Assembly: GCA_950097015.1 (NCBI GenBank)
Contig: CATNEN010000011.1
Coordinates: forward strand, 1,798,001 to 1,862,000
DNA length: 64,000 nucleotides
Source of the DNA: Macrostomum hystrix
Lineage: Eukaryota; Animalia; Platyhelminthes
Direction: 5' to 3'
The position numbers were made by a program, and so were the translations under genes. Under the pieces are notes generated by a model that saw nothing but the letters and a program-made list of their open reading frames with translations, was not told the origin of the DNA and ran no database searches. Of this stretch, positions 1 to 12,948 are shown one piece after another. Positions within the stretch are counted from its first letter, which is position 1; every line of letters begins with the position of its first letter.

Positions 1-3000
1 AGGAAGTTCCCCATCGACGTCAACAACATGGCACAGTACCTCATCGAGATGGACAGCGACCAAATGACCATCAAGAAGGCCTCCGCCAAGACCGTCCACC
101 TGCTGGCTCCCTACAGCGAGTCTACCCACGGCAGCGAGAAGGTTTTCACCATGTAAGCATTTCTAGCTGTCGATACGTTGTTTCTGAAAGCTTATACTCA
201 CTTGTTTAGAAAATAATTTTTTTCCTTTTTTTATTTCTCCAGCCAGAAGATGCGCCTTCTGACCACCGAGGCCAGCGATAGCTCCGCCCCCATCGATGTC
301 AGCGGCCTGACTGAGCAGCCTGAGGGTCTGCGCCTGGTTTACCCGGAGGAGAGCAAGAATGTTGACCGCGAGGCTCTGAAGTCCAAGGTGATCGAGCTGT
401 TCGGCCAGCTGTTCAGCTCTGATCTGTCCGAGATTGACATGAAGGTGTACGAGAGCATCCTGCGCATCCTGCGCTTCCACCTGAAGAAGGAGGAGGACCT
501 GACCGCCATCGCCGAGGAGCTGAAGACCACCCGCGAGAAGCACCTGCAGGCTTTCATTCTGGACATCTGCCCCCAGATCGGCTCCCACGGCGCCGTCAAA
601 TTCCTGATGAAGGTCGTGAAGATGCTGGTCAAGATCACCACACCGGCCGAGTTTGTCACCAGCGCCAACCTCAACGTCTTCCACGCTTCCGTAATTTTCA
701 CCAAGCTGAGCATGATGGAGAAGATCCAGCTAAAGATGCTCCAGACTGTTTTCGAAGTCGTGAAGGACGAGGCCTTCCGCAGCAAGCTGATGAACCCGGA
801 GCGCATGCCGATCTACTCCACCGCCTGGCTGAGCATGGGCGCCATGGTGAACGTCTACTACGCCAAGCAGGGCGGTGTCGAGCCCTACATGCACCCGATC
901 AAGGAGAACGCCGACATGGTGCGCAAGTACCGCAACGCCCCGTGGGAGGTTCGAAAGGCTCACGCCGAAGACTCCGAGGAGTTCCGTCGCGAGTTTGTCC
1001 GCCTGGTCAAGGAGTGCCTCGACAAGACTGACTTCGCCCGCAACCTGGCCCTGAAAGTGACCAAGAACAGCGGTCTGTTCGAGCTGTACGAGAAGCTGTC
1101 CCCGATCATCCGCAAGAGGGACACCACTATGGTGACTGAGCGAGTCCAGGCCATCTACGCCACTCAGAACATGCTGCGCCGCAACACCCTCGTCCGCGTC
1201 ACCGCCCAGGATGCCAGGTCCGTCAGCCAGGAGGAGAAGTACATCCGCGACGACATCGAGCACACCCGCCACTTTGAGCAGATCACCGGCCAGATTCAGG
1301 CCGACCTGATCGCCTGCTTCCGCAACGTGCGTGAGGACCCGGAGGTTCGCATCGCTTGCTACCGCGTCCTGATGCAGTGCGAGAACGTTAAGCAGACCGT
1401 GCTCAACATGCTGATCCAGTCCATCCTTAGCGAGCCAACCCAGCAGGTGTACACCTACTGCGTGCAGCACATGAGCCAGATTGCCAAGAATTCGCTGCCC
1501 CGCTATAGCCGCGTCAGCCGAACCATCCGCTCCGCCCTCTCCATGGTGAAGCGCCGCCAGCCGCTCGACCTTGTCTACAGCCGCGTCTTCCACGGCCAGC
1601 TGTGGGACGAGCTGCACCAGATGGGCCTGACAGTTGAAACCGACATGATCGTGTCTGATAAGTCCTTCATCCCGCGCTGGACCCACATCCGTGTCGACCA
1701 TCAGGGAATAGGCCTTAACACCCCGCTGCTGGAGATTGGTCTGCGCACCCAGGGCCTGCAGGCCATGCTAGAGAAGGTGTTTGGCCCCCGCGGCATGCTC
1801 ACCAAGGCCGGCGGTGTGATGAAGCTGCTGAAGAGGGCTGCCCGCAGCCTGGATGCCACCACCTCCGACTCTGAGCTCCTGCAGATCCTGCCAAGGATCC
1901 TGAGGGAGGTGCCGAACATAGACCTGACTGTTTCTCTGATGGGCTACGACATCATCTACGTGAAGAGCAGCCGCGAGGTCGCGGATTACGTGATGAACAT
2001 GAAGAGGTCTCCGGTTAGCTTCGGCAAGTTCGTGGATGATTTGATCCGGCCATTCAATGGTCCGTTCACCATCAGCACCAACTTCGAGGTTCCGACCCCG
2101 GCTGGCACCATCCTGGATTTCAATTGCCTCCTGAACATCGTCTTCCAGCCCAGAACTACCATCATGCGAGACATTGCTGACAGCAAGGGCAAGATTGGCG
2201 CCGAATTCTTCCTGCCGCTGACCATCAAGGGATTCCGCAGGATCGGCAGCAACATGCACGTGCTGAACCACTACCACCAGTGGCTGACCACTGTCAAGGT
2301 CAACAAGAAAGTTTCGTACAAATTTACGGCCGAGGTTGACAAGACCAACCCGACGAGCATTATTTACAACGTTAAGCTGGCCGTCCCGACGGAGAAGGTC
2401 CCGATTGTGCAGTTCGAGAACAAGGCCTTCTCCACCGCCTCGGAGTCCGAGTTCACTGGCGGCAGGCTGTCGTTCACCACTCAGGAGATTGTCATAAAGC
2501 ACAGGAAGGTGGCCGACGAGAAGACCGTGAGCTACAGCCCAGTCTTCAGCAGGATCCTTGCTCCGTTTGGCTTCAAGATCCAGATCGATGGAAAGTACTT
2601 CTCTACTCGCCACCTGTACCAGGCCCCGTGCTCCCTATTCATGGGCCCGTCCGAGTACACCCTCAACATTTTGCCCAAGGATGAGACCGACAGTTCGAGG
2701 GCCACCGCCGTCAGCTCCAAGCTCGAGATCATCTACCCCACCGAGGAGTCTAAGAAGCTGCCTCAGATCAAGCTGCAGATTGATCAGGTCCTCTTGTCAA
2801 CGTCCTTTGTCAACGTCCTCTTGACCAGCGAGGAGAGCGAGACCGTCCAGCAGAAGCTGGTGGCTGCTAGCTTCATCCCGAAGGAGGATAACTCCGAGAA
2901 AATCACATTCGACTTCAACCTGCGCTGGTTCCTCAACCTACCGTCCAGCTTCCGCAGCACCGGCTACCAGCTGAAGACCAGGGGACAAATCGACCTGCCG

Positions 3001-5565
3001 GAGGATCTGAAGATGAAGCCGAGGAGCCTGCCGCTGAAGTCTGACGAGTGGTTCAGTGAGCGCGAGCTGAAGATGACCTTGAACATCAACGACGACGACA
3101 GGGAGATCGCCACAATTGAAATCAGCCAGTCGACCAACTCTGAGCTGAAGAAACTGCTGGTCGACTCTACGCTGCCCGAGGACAAGATGAAAAAGATGTT
3201 CCCTCGCCTGGCTGCCTGCCTGAACGAGTCCAAGAAGAGCGTCCGCGAGGAGCCGCTCAACGCCAACCCTCTGTACACACCGAGCTGCGTCCGCCAGTTC
3301 AAAAAGCTTAACAAGCTGAGCGAGACCAGGATTGAAATCACGAGGAACGTCGACTGGTTCTTGACCCCTAAGGGCAGCCCGATCGTGGACAAGATCGTTC
3401 AGAAGATCAAGGACTACCTCAGGCCGTACCTGGTTGACACCCTGATCCCCGTGACCACTGAGAACAAGCTTATCATCATCTCTCGCCCGTCTCCAGTTGA
3501 CATGCGTGTGCAACACCTCAACGTCACCTCCCCGAACAGGAAGTACATCTGGCGTTCGATCCAGCTGCCGTCCGTGCCCTTCTTTTGGGCTGGCGTGAAC
3601 CCGCTGATGACCGCTGCCCAGGACTACGTCAATGGTGGAGCTTCCAAGTGCAGCCTCCTTCACTCGCATGTGAGGACCTTCGACAATGTCATCTACTCCA
3701 TCCCGAAGGATCTGTTCAACAGCATCGCTGAGAACCAGTGCCCGTTGCTGCTGGCCAAGGACTGCTCTGAGAGGAAGGAGTTCCAGGTCCTGACCCACAT
3801 CAAGAGCGGCAAGAAGTACATCACCATCCACCTGAACGTCGACAGCAGCAGGCCATTCATCATCGAGGTCAGCAAGCCGGTCAGCATTGATGAGAAGAAG
3901 GCCACCATAAAGGTTAACGACCGTGAGCTGGAGCACAGTGCTGAGCCCAAGGAGGAGACTGAGATCTTGAGGCGCAAGATCAGCACCGAGAAGAGCGAGG
4001 TGACCATTACCATCTCCAAGTACCAGTTCGCTGACAACATCATGTACAAGATCAAGAGCGATGAGCACAAGGTCGAGATCCTGGTTGGCGGCCCCAAGCT
4101 GCGCAAGGTTGAGATCCGCGTCTCCCCGTTCTACCGCAACAAGGTTTGCGGTCTGTGCGGCGACTACAACGCCGAGAAGTACCAGGAGTTCAAGGCGCCC
4201 AACTACCACCAGGTTGTTGCCTCCCCGAGGAAGATGGTTGAGCAGTACGTTCTACCCATCTCTGAGAGCTGCCGGATGAACCAGGAGACTGAGGAGCAGT
4301 ACAACCCGGAGACCAGCATGTACCTGCCCAACAAGATCTGGTACAAGTCTTTCGACCTCCCAAAGAGACGCCAGAGCTGCCAGATCAAGGACAACAAGAT
4401 GGTCAAGACCTTCAGGCATGCCGAGTTCGAGATGATGTTCCCGGCTCTGAAACAGATCGATCACGACACTGACTGCGCCGTCAAGCTGGCAGTCGCCAAG
4501 ATCGAGGACCAGCGCATCCGAATTTACCTGCAGGCTAGCCAGAGCAAGGTCACCATCCAGGTCGGCTCCTTCAAGCAGATCCTGACCACCACCTCCACGA
4601 CCCTGAATGAGCTGTCCAGCGACTCCCTGCCCGCCGGTCTGACCGCCAACATCGATGCCAAGCAGCGGATGGTGAAGTTCGAGATCAGCAAGGCTGACAA
4701 CCGCGCCACCGTGAAGATCACCGAGGACAAGCGCATCATCATCAAGGCCAGTCAGATCTCCGAGAGCGAGGACGCCATCTGCGAGCTGACGCACCCGTCC
4801 GAGGTCGAGTCTGAAGGCAACCAGGCCTACGAGACCATCAAAAAATTCACCAACGCCGACGAGAGCAGCGTCTGCCGCGACCAACTGAAGTTGAAGATCA
4901 ACCAGTGCCAGATCGAGGGTGACAAGGTTATGCCTTTCTACAGCTCCATCGACTACCACAGACGCGAGGTGCGCTTCTTGAATGATGACCTCAAGAGCCG
5001 CCTGGCCGACAGCAAGACCCCCATCGTCCTGAGCGCTGACCAAATCGGCGAAGACAGCTCGATCGCCCACAGCGTCCAGCTGGTGTACTCGCGTGAGAGC
5101 GGCAAGCTGGTCCGCCAGATCCTGCTGAAGAAAAACCAGCAGACCCTGATGAAGGTCACCGTGCCCGAGGACAGCACCAACCGCGTCACTTACAGCAAGA
5201 ACGGCGCCCAGGAAACTGCCGTTGCCACCACCAGCCAAACTGTCGAAATCGATGGCGACTTTGAGCTGACCATCAGCCCCGAGCGCGTCAAGGTTTCGCA
5301 CAAGAGGAACCTGTACGAGGTCGAGGTCTCTAAGATGAGCGGTGACGAGCCCGAGGTGAAGATCCTGCGCCCCTACGCTCACTCTTCCTACCAGTCCACC
5401 GGTCTCTGCCAGGTGAACAAGCTGCCCGAGGTCCAGAACTACTGGTCCAACCCGCAGGCCGTGCTCAGCACCATGATGCAGACCTGCCTGAACTCGCTGG
5501 ACCAGTCGGCCCCGATTCTCAGCGAGGAGGAGATCAGCAAGGTCAACGGGCTGATTGAAAACTAA
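1..5565 (+). CDS. Vtg: Vitellogenin-like large lipid transfer protein (LLTP), 5'-partial. Exons 1-152 and 243-5565; lipoprotein N-terminal helical domain, DUF1943-like region, vWD plus two degenerate vWD-like repeats
   Basis: Frame 1 is open from base 1 to a GTAAG donor at 153; TTTCTCCAG acceptor at 242 rejoins in frame (at|c cag aag atg). 1771-aa ORF with strong GC3 codon bias. LLTP motifs EVRIACYRVLMQC, QVYTYCVQHM, YSRVF, SFIPR; vWD motifs CSLLHSHVRTFDN, CPLLLAKDCS, KVCGLCGDYN. Symbol is family-level. Confidence 0.88.
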
Positions 5566-6449
5566 TGTATTAGTTTCTTGCTTACGGACAAACTGCTTTA
5601 ACGATGCACGCACATTTCTTTTCCTGACAACGACTTGATTCGCCCCTCACTCATGTCTTGTGCCTATTATTATTATATAGCTTGCGAAGCATTGCTGTGC
5701 CGGTACATCATCGATAGACTCAAAGTTTCTAGTTCTTGAGCCACGGCTGGTAATAGTCACTGCAACTGATCGTTCAAAAGCACCATTATCTAGATTTTCT
5801 ATGTCTCAAATCTAAATTTATATATCTGCCAATTGAAACAAAAATATCTGAAGAATTAAAGCTCAAATCAGGAATATAAACTAAGCTTTTGCATTCAGTT
5901 GCATCAACTTAACAGCCTAAAAAGTAGAATTTGTACCAGCCGATTTTGCCATACTTTTCACAGATAGATTGAACTATTATCACGCGCTGTCACGGCCCGC
6001 ACTAACTATAGGTATGCTCCTGTCTCTTATACAAAATATAATTTCAGAGTTTAGACTGCATAAATATCTAACAAAACTCAAAGCGCCCTTTTTTATTAAA
6101 GCTAATAACTAAAGCAACGGGTATACTCGATCGTATCTACACAAAACATGAAATCAATACAAAAGTTACATTTTACATTAGAAAAACGAACTTTGAGCGT
6201 GTAAGGGGAATAGGGACTTTTCTATTTGACTAATTTGGCTAATAATCGAGTCGTTGTACTACCAATTGTACCAGTAAGGCGGCGCCTGAAACAAAATAGT
6301 TTAATAATAATAAATTTGAGAACTTAACCGAGCAAATCATATATATCACTTAATGACACAATATGACGTGGAAATCATTGACGAGATGTCACTATACGTT
6401 ATAGAAATGTCAATAGAAAGAGCTGAAGCTTATACGTGTGTCTGCCTGT

Positions 6450-6718
6450 CTTCAGCTATACTGAGCTGTGCTCAAAGGGAGTTTTATCCACGGCTCATCC
6501 AGTTCCTCCGGGTGACAAGATGATCGAGCCACGTTCTTCCCTGCGGAGGACAACGCTGCAGGACAGACTGGCGGGCCACCCTGACCGGCCCCGCGCCCTC
6601 GCCTGTCTGCGGGCTCCGAAAAAATTCCCAATCTCCTGTCCACAGGGGTTAGCTGTATGGCTGACCCTCGCCTCCCCGCTGTGTCCATGGACAACCCTGC
6701 AGGTAAGTCAAGTAAGTC
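6450..6718 (+). mobile_element. 3'-terminal fragment of a non-LTR retrotransposon related to the copy at 55016-56139
   Basis: Encodes LIQFLRVTR (cf. [10 protein letters not shown] in the 55-kb copy); shares cgcctccccgct...ccctgcag(g/c)taagtcaag and the (AAGTC)n-like tail. Confidence 0.7.
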
Positions 6719-6849
6719 GATGGAATTTTTAAAGGAAGCGGTTTAACACGTCTTCCTCTCCTATGTCGCAGTTTACGCTATAAGCCAGTATTATTAGACA
6801 GGAAGGGGTGCTACCATACGCTCGAAATTTCAAGACACCGAAAAGCATT

Positions 6850-7430
6850 TTTTTTCATAAGGTCGAAACTTCACAAGCTCGAAATTTCACAACGTCGAAA
6901 CTTCACAAAGTCCAAAACTAAAATAGCAGCTACCTTCACTAGGTCGAAACTACATAAGCTCGAAATTTTACAAGCTTGAAATTTCACAACGTCGAATTAT
7001 CACAACGTCAAAACTTTATAAGCCCGAAATTTTATAACGTCAAAAGTGAGTAGAAATCCGCAGATTACTTAAATTACTTCAAGTATTTTTATTAAACAGA
7101 CTTTCCTCTGGTTTCCTTCATGTTTTGTTATTGTTTTTTGTGAATTTTCGAGCTTATGAAGTTTCGACCTAGAGAAGGTAGCTGCTATTTTAGTTTTCGA
7201 CGTTGTGAAGGTTCGACCTTATGAAAATTCTAGCTTATGCAGGGCAGTCCCTTGCTTGAGTTTTCGACCTTATGAATTTTCGACCTTATGAAATTAGCTG
7301 CTTTTCGAGTTTTTGATGTTGTGAAATTTCGACCTTGTGAACTTTCGACCTTGTGAACTTTCGACCTTGTGAACTTTCGACCTTGTGAAGAAAGGTGCTT
7401 TCGACGTTGTGAAATTTCTAGTTTGTGAAA
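6850..7430. repeat. Inverted pair of ~17-bp tandem arrays (gtcgaaacttcacaa-type) with ~75-bp inverted arms; MITE/foldback-like
   Basis: 6890-6965 (gtcgaaacttcacaa...aaaactaaaatagcagctaccttcactaggtcgaaactacataagctcgaaa) is the reverse complement of 7141-7220. Confidence 0.75.
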
Positions 7431-10400
7431 CCCCCCCCCACAGGAAGAATGAAATTTCTTATAAAAAGAAGGGTAGAACGACGCTAGAAAGCAGTGCACC
7501 ATATTGAATTCTAAAGGTTTTAGAACAGCAGGTTTTGACTGATGCGGCTACAACTGAATTGCATGGATCGCTGACAAATATTCTGCTCAGGCTGGTTGAA
7601 ATCGGCTTGTAGACACGAAGCGGTAAGGAGTGTCCTCTTCTTAATGACAGAATCTGATTAATCTGTCTTCTTGAAGGTACGCTAATCGGCACTGGAGCAG
7701 ACTGAACTCAGCCAACACACGCAGGATATGTGGGGAGGGCTGCAGCTCCTCCCAATGCACAGAACTTAAGAAACCAAAAAATGTGACCCGTATTGATCAG
7801 CGGGTCAGAAAGCCCAGCAGTACGGCATGCAGACTTTGGAGTTCACACTGAAAGACGATCGAAAGGCCAAATAATTAGATAGGCTAGATAAGAGCGGCCT
7901 CGCTCTCAACCTCCAGGTACCACCAACTTCCCCATGGTCTGGTTCGGTCTTTGTTTTCAAGGAATAAACTGATAAACAGAAAAAAATTAACGAATAAATG
8001 TGTTTGTCTTCTTCATTTTCAAGCTCCATGCAGTTGCATGGTTCTTATAAAGAAATGTGAACCCATAATTAAAAAGATTGGGTAGCAAATTATCAACTTC
8101 ATGACTTCGGAGTCTGGGATAGGGTGCAAAAACGTTAAAAATAATTCTTTGGCCAGTGCAAGATAAAGAAACGAGTATGACGTCAACAGACAGGTGTTTT
8201 AATATTATAATTATCAAGGTACAACACGTCTTGTACCTGAACCTGAGGTACTTTGTACCTGAAGAAGATGAAAATCTAAAAAAACTTGGGTATATTTTTA
8301 AACGTAGCTCGTATTTCCAAAATGCATTTTAATAACGATGATCTTTCATATAAATTTAGTATACATCTAATTTGAAACTGGTTACTAAAAAATCGCTTCG
8401 CAGTCCCTTTGTTGCTTGCTCATTTTTCTCTAAGTTTTCCAAATTTTTACTCCAATGAACAATGAGAGCGTACAAATAAAAAAATGCAATAGAAACTTTG
8501 AGTCTGCCTATACGTAACTGACGTCAGGCATTTTCTTAGCTCATCTCTGAGCTTCAAGCTTGAGATTAAAAACCATAAAAGCAATGAAAGCACAACAAGG
8601 CACTAACAGCAAAATTACAAACAGCATATAACTGCGCGACGCATCTCTGAGCAGGCATCTAAACAACCTGTAGAAATATTAATTTAATTGTTCAGTAACT
8701 CATTGAAAATTTCTCATCAGCTGCGACGGAATTGATACTCTAAACTGAGGTTCGCTTTATTGCTTCGCCGGAGGTTTTTTGTCTGTATTTTTGACAGCTT
8801 TAAGATTAAGAGCTGTCACGTTAGCTGCATACTGTATGAGTAGATGTCAAAAATAGCAGTTTCAAATCGTGCATTCAAGTTTGGCAAAATTGACTTCAAT
8901 TTTGGCAGCACAATAAACTGACTGAAAAACTGTAAAAAAAACAAAAACTGTCCCGAGGACGTGCTGAGCTACGAACCCCGCTGCCTCACAAATTTGCAAT
9001 AACATTGACCACTGATGGTTTTTAATGATTTCAACAGTAACAGTGTCAGTGACCGTGCTTTGTTCTTAAATCTAGCTTTCTAGCTCGTTTGTTACAGTTT
9101 GCCATTCAGTTTATTGCGTTACCAAAATTATAGACACTTTTGCCAAAGCTGAATCAAGGACCACTAGAAGAAGAAGGACGGGACACTTCGTTTCTTGGAA
9201 AAAAATTTTGAAGGCTGATTTTCAAGAAACGAGATAGGAACTTTTCACGGTTTTTCACATTTTATTATTGCGAGAATTATTTAGAATTTTTTTATTTACT
9301 CATCAGTAGGCCAAGCTATAGGCTTATCTTATGTCTGATTGGTTGCTAGTCTGTTTTAAGATTGTGATTAAAGCGGTCTTTAAGAGTTTAGCTTTAGACC
9401 GCTGGTTTGAACTACTTGGCCATTTCAGTTGAGGGTCATTGAATGCCCCGTCATAGAAGGTGTTGGAAAAAGGCGTTATTTGCTGTTCAGATTTTCATGT
9501 CAAAGTTATAGAAGTCCAAGGTGGCAATCGACCTTAATTGTGACAAGCTGAAGCCCTACGATTTTCATTAATTTTTCTGCTACTTATTTCAGGCCTTCAG
9601 ATTCGCCACGTTTCACATGTGTCGCGACTTTCGTCTTGCCTTCTGTCCTCTATTCACTCTTTCGTTCTCTGCACTTTTCTTGTTTACATCGTCCAGTTCA
9701 ATCTAGTTCTTTCTCTCTCGTTATCTCTGCGGCTGATCTCTCATTCTCTACCCTTTCTTTCTTTCCTCCTCTCTGATTGGTCCGCCGCTCACGTTCTAGC
9801 CTCCTCTCCTACTCTCAGTCGCGCACTCTTGTTATCGTACCGCCAACCCCCCTTCCTTATCGCTCTGTTAAACTTAAATATATTTTGACTCTCGGCCTGG
9901 ATTGGCTCACAGCCGTAAAGACGGTCTTTTACTGCGAGGACTCAATTTGTAGCATAAGAAATCAAGACAACATGAAAGTACATTCACAACAAAATCCGTT
10001 TCGAATCCTGAATCTCACCGCCCGCCCTTCTGTCGACCGAACACCAAATTCCTGCCATTATATTTGTTTATATAGTTTCACTCCTTAATTTCACATTTTT
10101 AGACCAAGAAGCAGTTCTGATTTAGCCCGAAGTCTTTTGCGGAATATGATCTACTATATTTGTGTACAACAAAGAGCGACCGTCTCGTCTGGTGCGAACG
10201 CCTGCAGAGTTCATCCATAATCTAGCTCGTTCAAAAATAGAACTATCGCTGCCTCAAAGTAAGAAATGTAAGTTTTGCATAATTTTTTACGGCCAAATCA
10301 TTTTGATGACTGAGCATAGATTACATAACGATGGTTTCCTGCCATCCTGTATAATAAATGAGCCATTGCGCAACTATTGTGTAATATCACCCGCCCCACC

Positions 10401-11511
10401 TCCCCTATTAACATTACACTGTACGACGTCGGGCCAATAATTGAGCGCGGCAGGGCTCGGTTGTACACTGCACAGGGTCAAGGCTCGGTCAGCGGAGACT
10501 TTCCATCCGCGCGTGATGCGTGAATTCTCCCCTGTATATTCCAATCGGTTTTTCTCCCAAAAAGCCAGACCTCTCGGGCCCCCTTTGCGACGTCTCCGCC
10601 ACGCCAAGTCTTCGTCCGTTCCGACTTGCTCAGACGCGCCTGTCCCTCGATCTTCGTCGCACATTTAAACTGGATCCCCTATCCCCCTACTAGTCCCCGT
10701 GCTACAGCTTTGCCTCAAACAATCTTATCTCTCCTTCCCCAAGGTTATCCCCATTCCTCAAGTCCCCAATCCCTGATTTATTAATTAAACGCCCCATTCC
10801 CACACACTGATTCGTCACGGCAAGCTTTCGCCCCTGAAGAACAACGACAGCCGACCTTGCGCCCATGCAGACGCCTGACCCTGCAGTACAGCCGACAACC
10901 GAGTCCAGCTGCATCTGGTTGAGCCCGACTCAAGGTGTTTGCTATTCCATCTTTTGACCGCATTGAGCAGCATAATTTCCCCCATGATTTTCCATTTCCA
11001 TTCTTCAATAATAAATTTCAATACTAAAGTAGTACGCGCGTACACGAAACTCCTAGAATTAGGCTAGAATTAGAGTAGACAAGACAATGGCCGGGGTCTT
11101 GGCTAATCAGACCACAAAGTCGGACCAGCTACCAACCATCACTAGGGCGGGTGCCTCTGGTAAGTTAGGGAGTAATGCGTCCACACCTTTAAGATCAGCA
11201 GTTACAGCAGTTATATCAATACGATTTCATAAATAAGTACTGCTGGGGTGGACTTATGGAATGGTCTATCAGCAATGGTCAATAAACGACAAGACCGTCG
11301 ATTTTTACGATTATCATTTAATAAAACAGTTTATAATTTATTATAAATACGACAGCGTTATATTGATGTTTATAAAGAAACAATCCTTAATTTAATTAAA
11401 ATTCAAAAGGACAGTGCGTTTTACATTAGTAGGCCTATTTTTAAAATACATTTTAGTTCCATGTTGCTGCACCCGTGTTGACAGAGATAGGGTCTAAGAA
11501 ACGGTAATCGG

Positions 11512-11880
11512 ACATGCGCGACGGTCGGCTAATAGGCAACTCCGAACATGTTCTTTGTTCCGAGAACATGTTCTTTTTGATTTATAAGGCTTCGTATTGT
11601 AATATATATATATGTAGCTACATGCTGAATGCGCCGTTGAGAGAAAACTATATTGCTGGCTAATATGTACGTTAAGTGCTGGTGAACTAGGATATTACTA
11701 GACATAGTATGGTTTAACTCTGTCTTGTTTGTTGACCTCATGCCAAGGAAGGCATAGTTTTTTCTTCACCTGGCGGTATTTAATATACATTAAGTAGCCT
11801 TATTGATTTAAAAGAACATGTTCTCGGAACAAAGAACATGTGAACTCGGAGTTGCCTATTAGGCGACCGTCGCGCATGTT
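11512..11880. mobile_element. MITE-like element with ~80-bp terminal inverted repeats
   Basis: 11512-11591 is the near-perfect reverse complement of 11796-11880 (acatgcgcgacggtcg.ctaataggcaactccga...acatgttctttgttccgagaacatgttcttt); AT-rich non-coding interior. Confidence 0.7.
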
Positions 11881-12856
11881 CGATGTAGCCTAAGAGTCGT
11901 CAACACGGCCGGTTAGATTGTTAGGGTACGGTTGTTATCAGAAAACAAAAATCAGAAAATATTGCATAAGAGAGATATACCCAATTCTATAGAGAAATTA
12001 CACCTAAAATGACTTGTCCTGTTTAATGCAAAATAATGTAGTAATTCTTATTAATGACTTTTTATCTTAGGGCCTACTGTTTTTTACATATTTTACACAA
12101 TAAGAGCCGACTGTGGTGGTTATCCTAAGCAAGGGTAAAAGACATGTAATTGGAGGAAGTCAATTGCAAAAGAAAATTCATCAAACTGTGCTATCACCCC
12201 AGGGTTTGAAGATTGCCATGATGCACCTTATGCCACCTTATGATTGCCATGATCTGCAGTACCTAAAAACTTATTCCAAAAATGGTTTTAGTGTTAGGGC
12301 TAAGAATTTTATTGTTAATGAAACAAATTTCATCAGACAACTAAATATTGCTGATCAATTATCTGTCTGTCAGAGTTATATTTTAGTCTACTGCCTGAAT
12401 ACCTAAACCAATTATTTCAAAATGCAAACTTGCTTCATTTATAGGAAAATTTTGAGACTGACTCTCTTTGCTTTGAAAAAAAATGTTATGAGAACAAGCT
12501 TTTAAAAGCTATTTTAAAAAGTTAATTTTTTTGAATAGGGTCAAATATGCATGCTCCAATGCAATTAAAATTGTTACACTCAAGCATATACCTCAGTAGC
12601 ATTAAGCTGAGTTTTATCAGATGTAAGTTACTTGTGTTATTTTGCCCCAATGGGGCTCCTGGTGTACAGACCGGATGTCTCAGAATGTATTCAAGCTCAG
12701 ATTGACTATTTTTGTATTTAGCAAGAATTCAAATTCTTTGATTCACAATCAGGGAAAGTAATAACTGACAAAATGGGTTTTCGTTTTTGTTTGCTTTTAC
12801 AAGACATGTGTTTTGTCCTTCTGCATTACACAAGATTTTTTTGTTTGAACAGTAGT

Positions 12857-12888
12857 GCCCCCCAAGAGGGGGGGGCTTAGTGTGCTAG
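12857..12888 (+). mobile_element. Helitron-like 3' terminus (hairpin plus CTAG|T)
   Basis: gcccccc-aaga-gggggggc hairpin, 8 nt spacer, CTAG followed by T. No Rep/Hel ORF and no 5' TC end identified. Confidence 0.4.
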
Positions 12889-12948
12889 TCAATATTCTAA
12901 ATTTCGTTTAGCAAGTTCAAATCTTTTAACCCATTTTTCAGCTTTTCG

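Noticed and set aside
163-5613. Long minus-strand ORFs (e.g. 4252-5613, 2938-4209, 730-1701)
   Set aside because: Antisense shadows of the GC3-biased vitellogenin-like frame; no motifs of their own.
9300-11100. CCAAT boxes and GC-rich patches as a TRAF promoter or a separate gene
   Set aside because: Short ORFs have no recognisable motifs and no start site can be placed from sequence alone.
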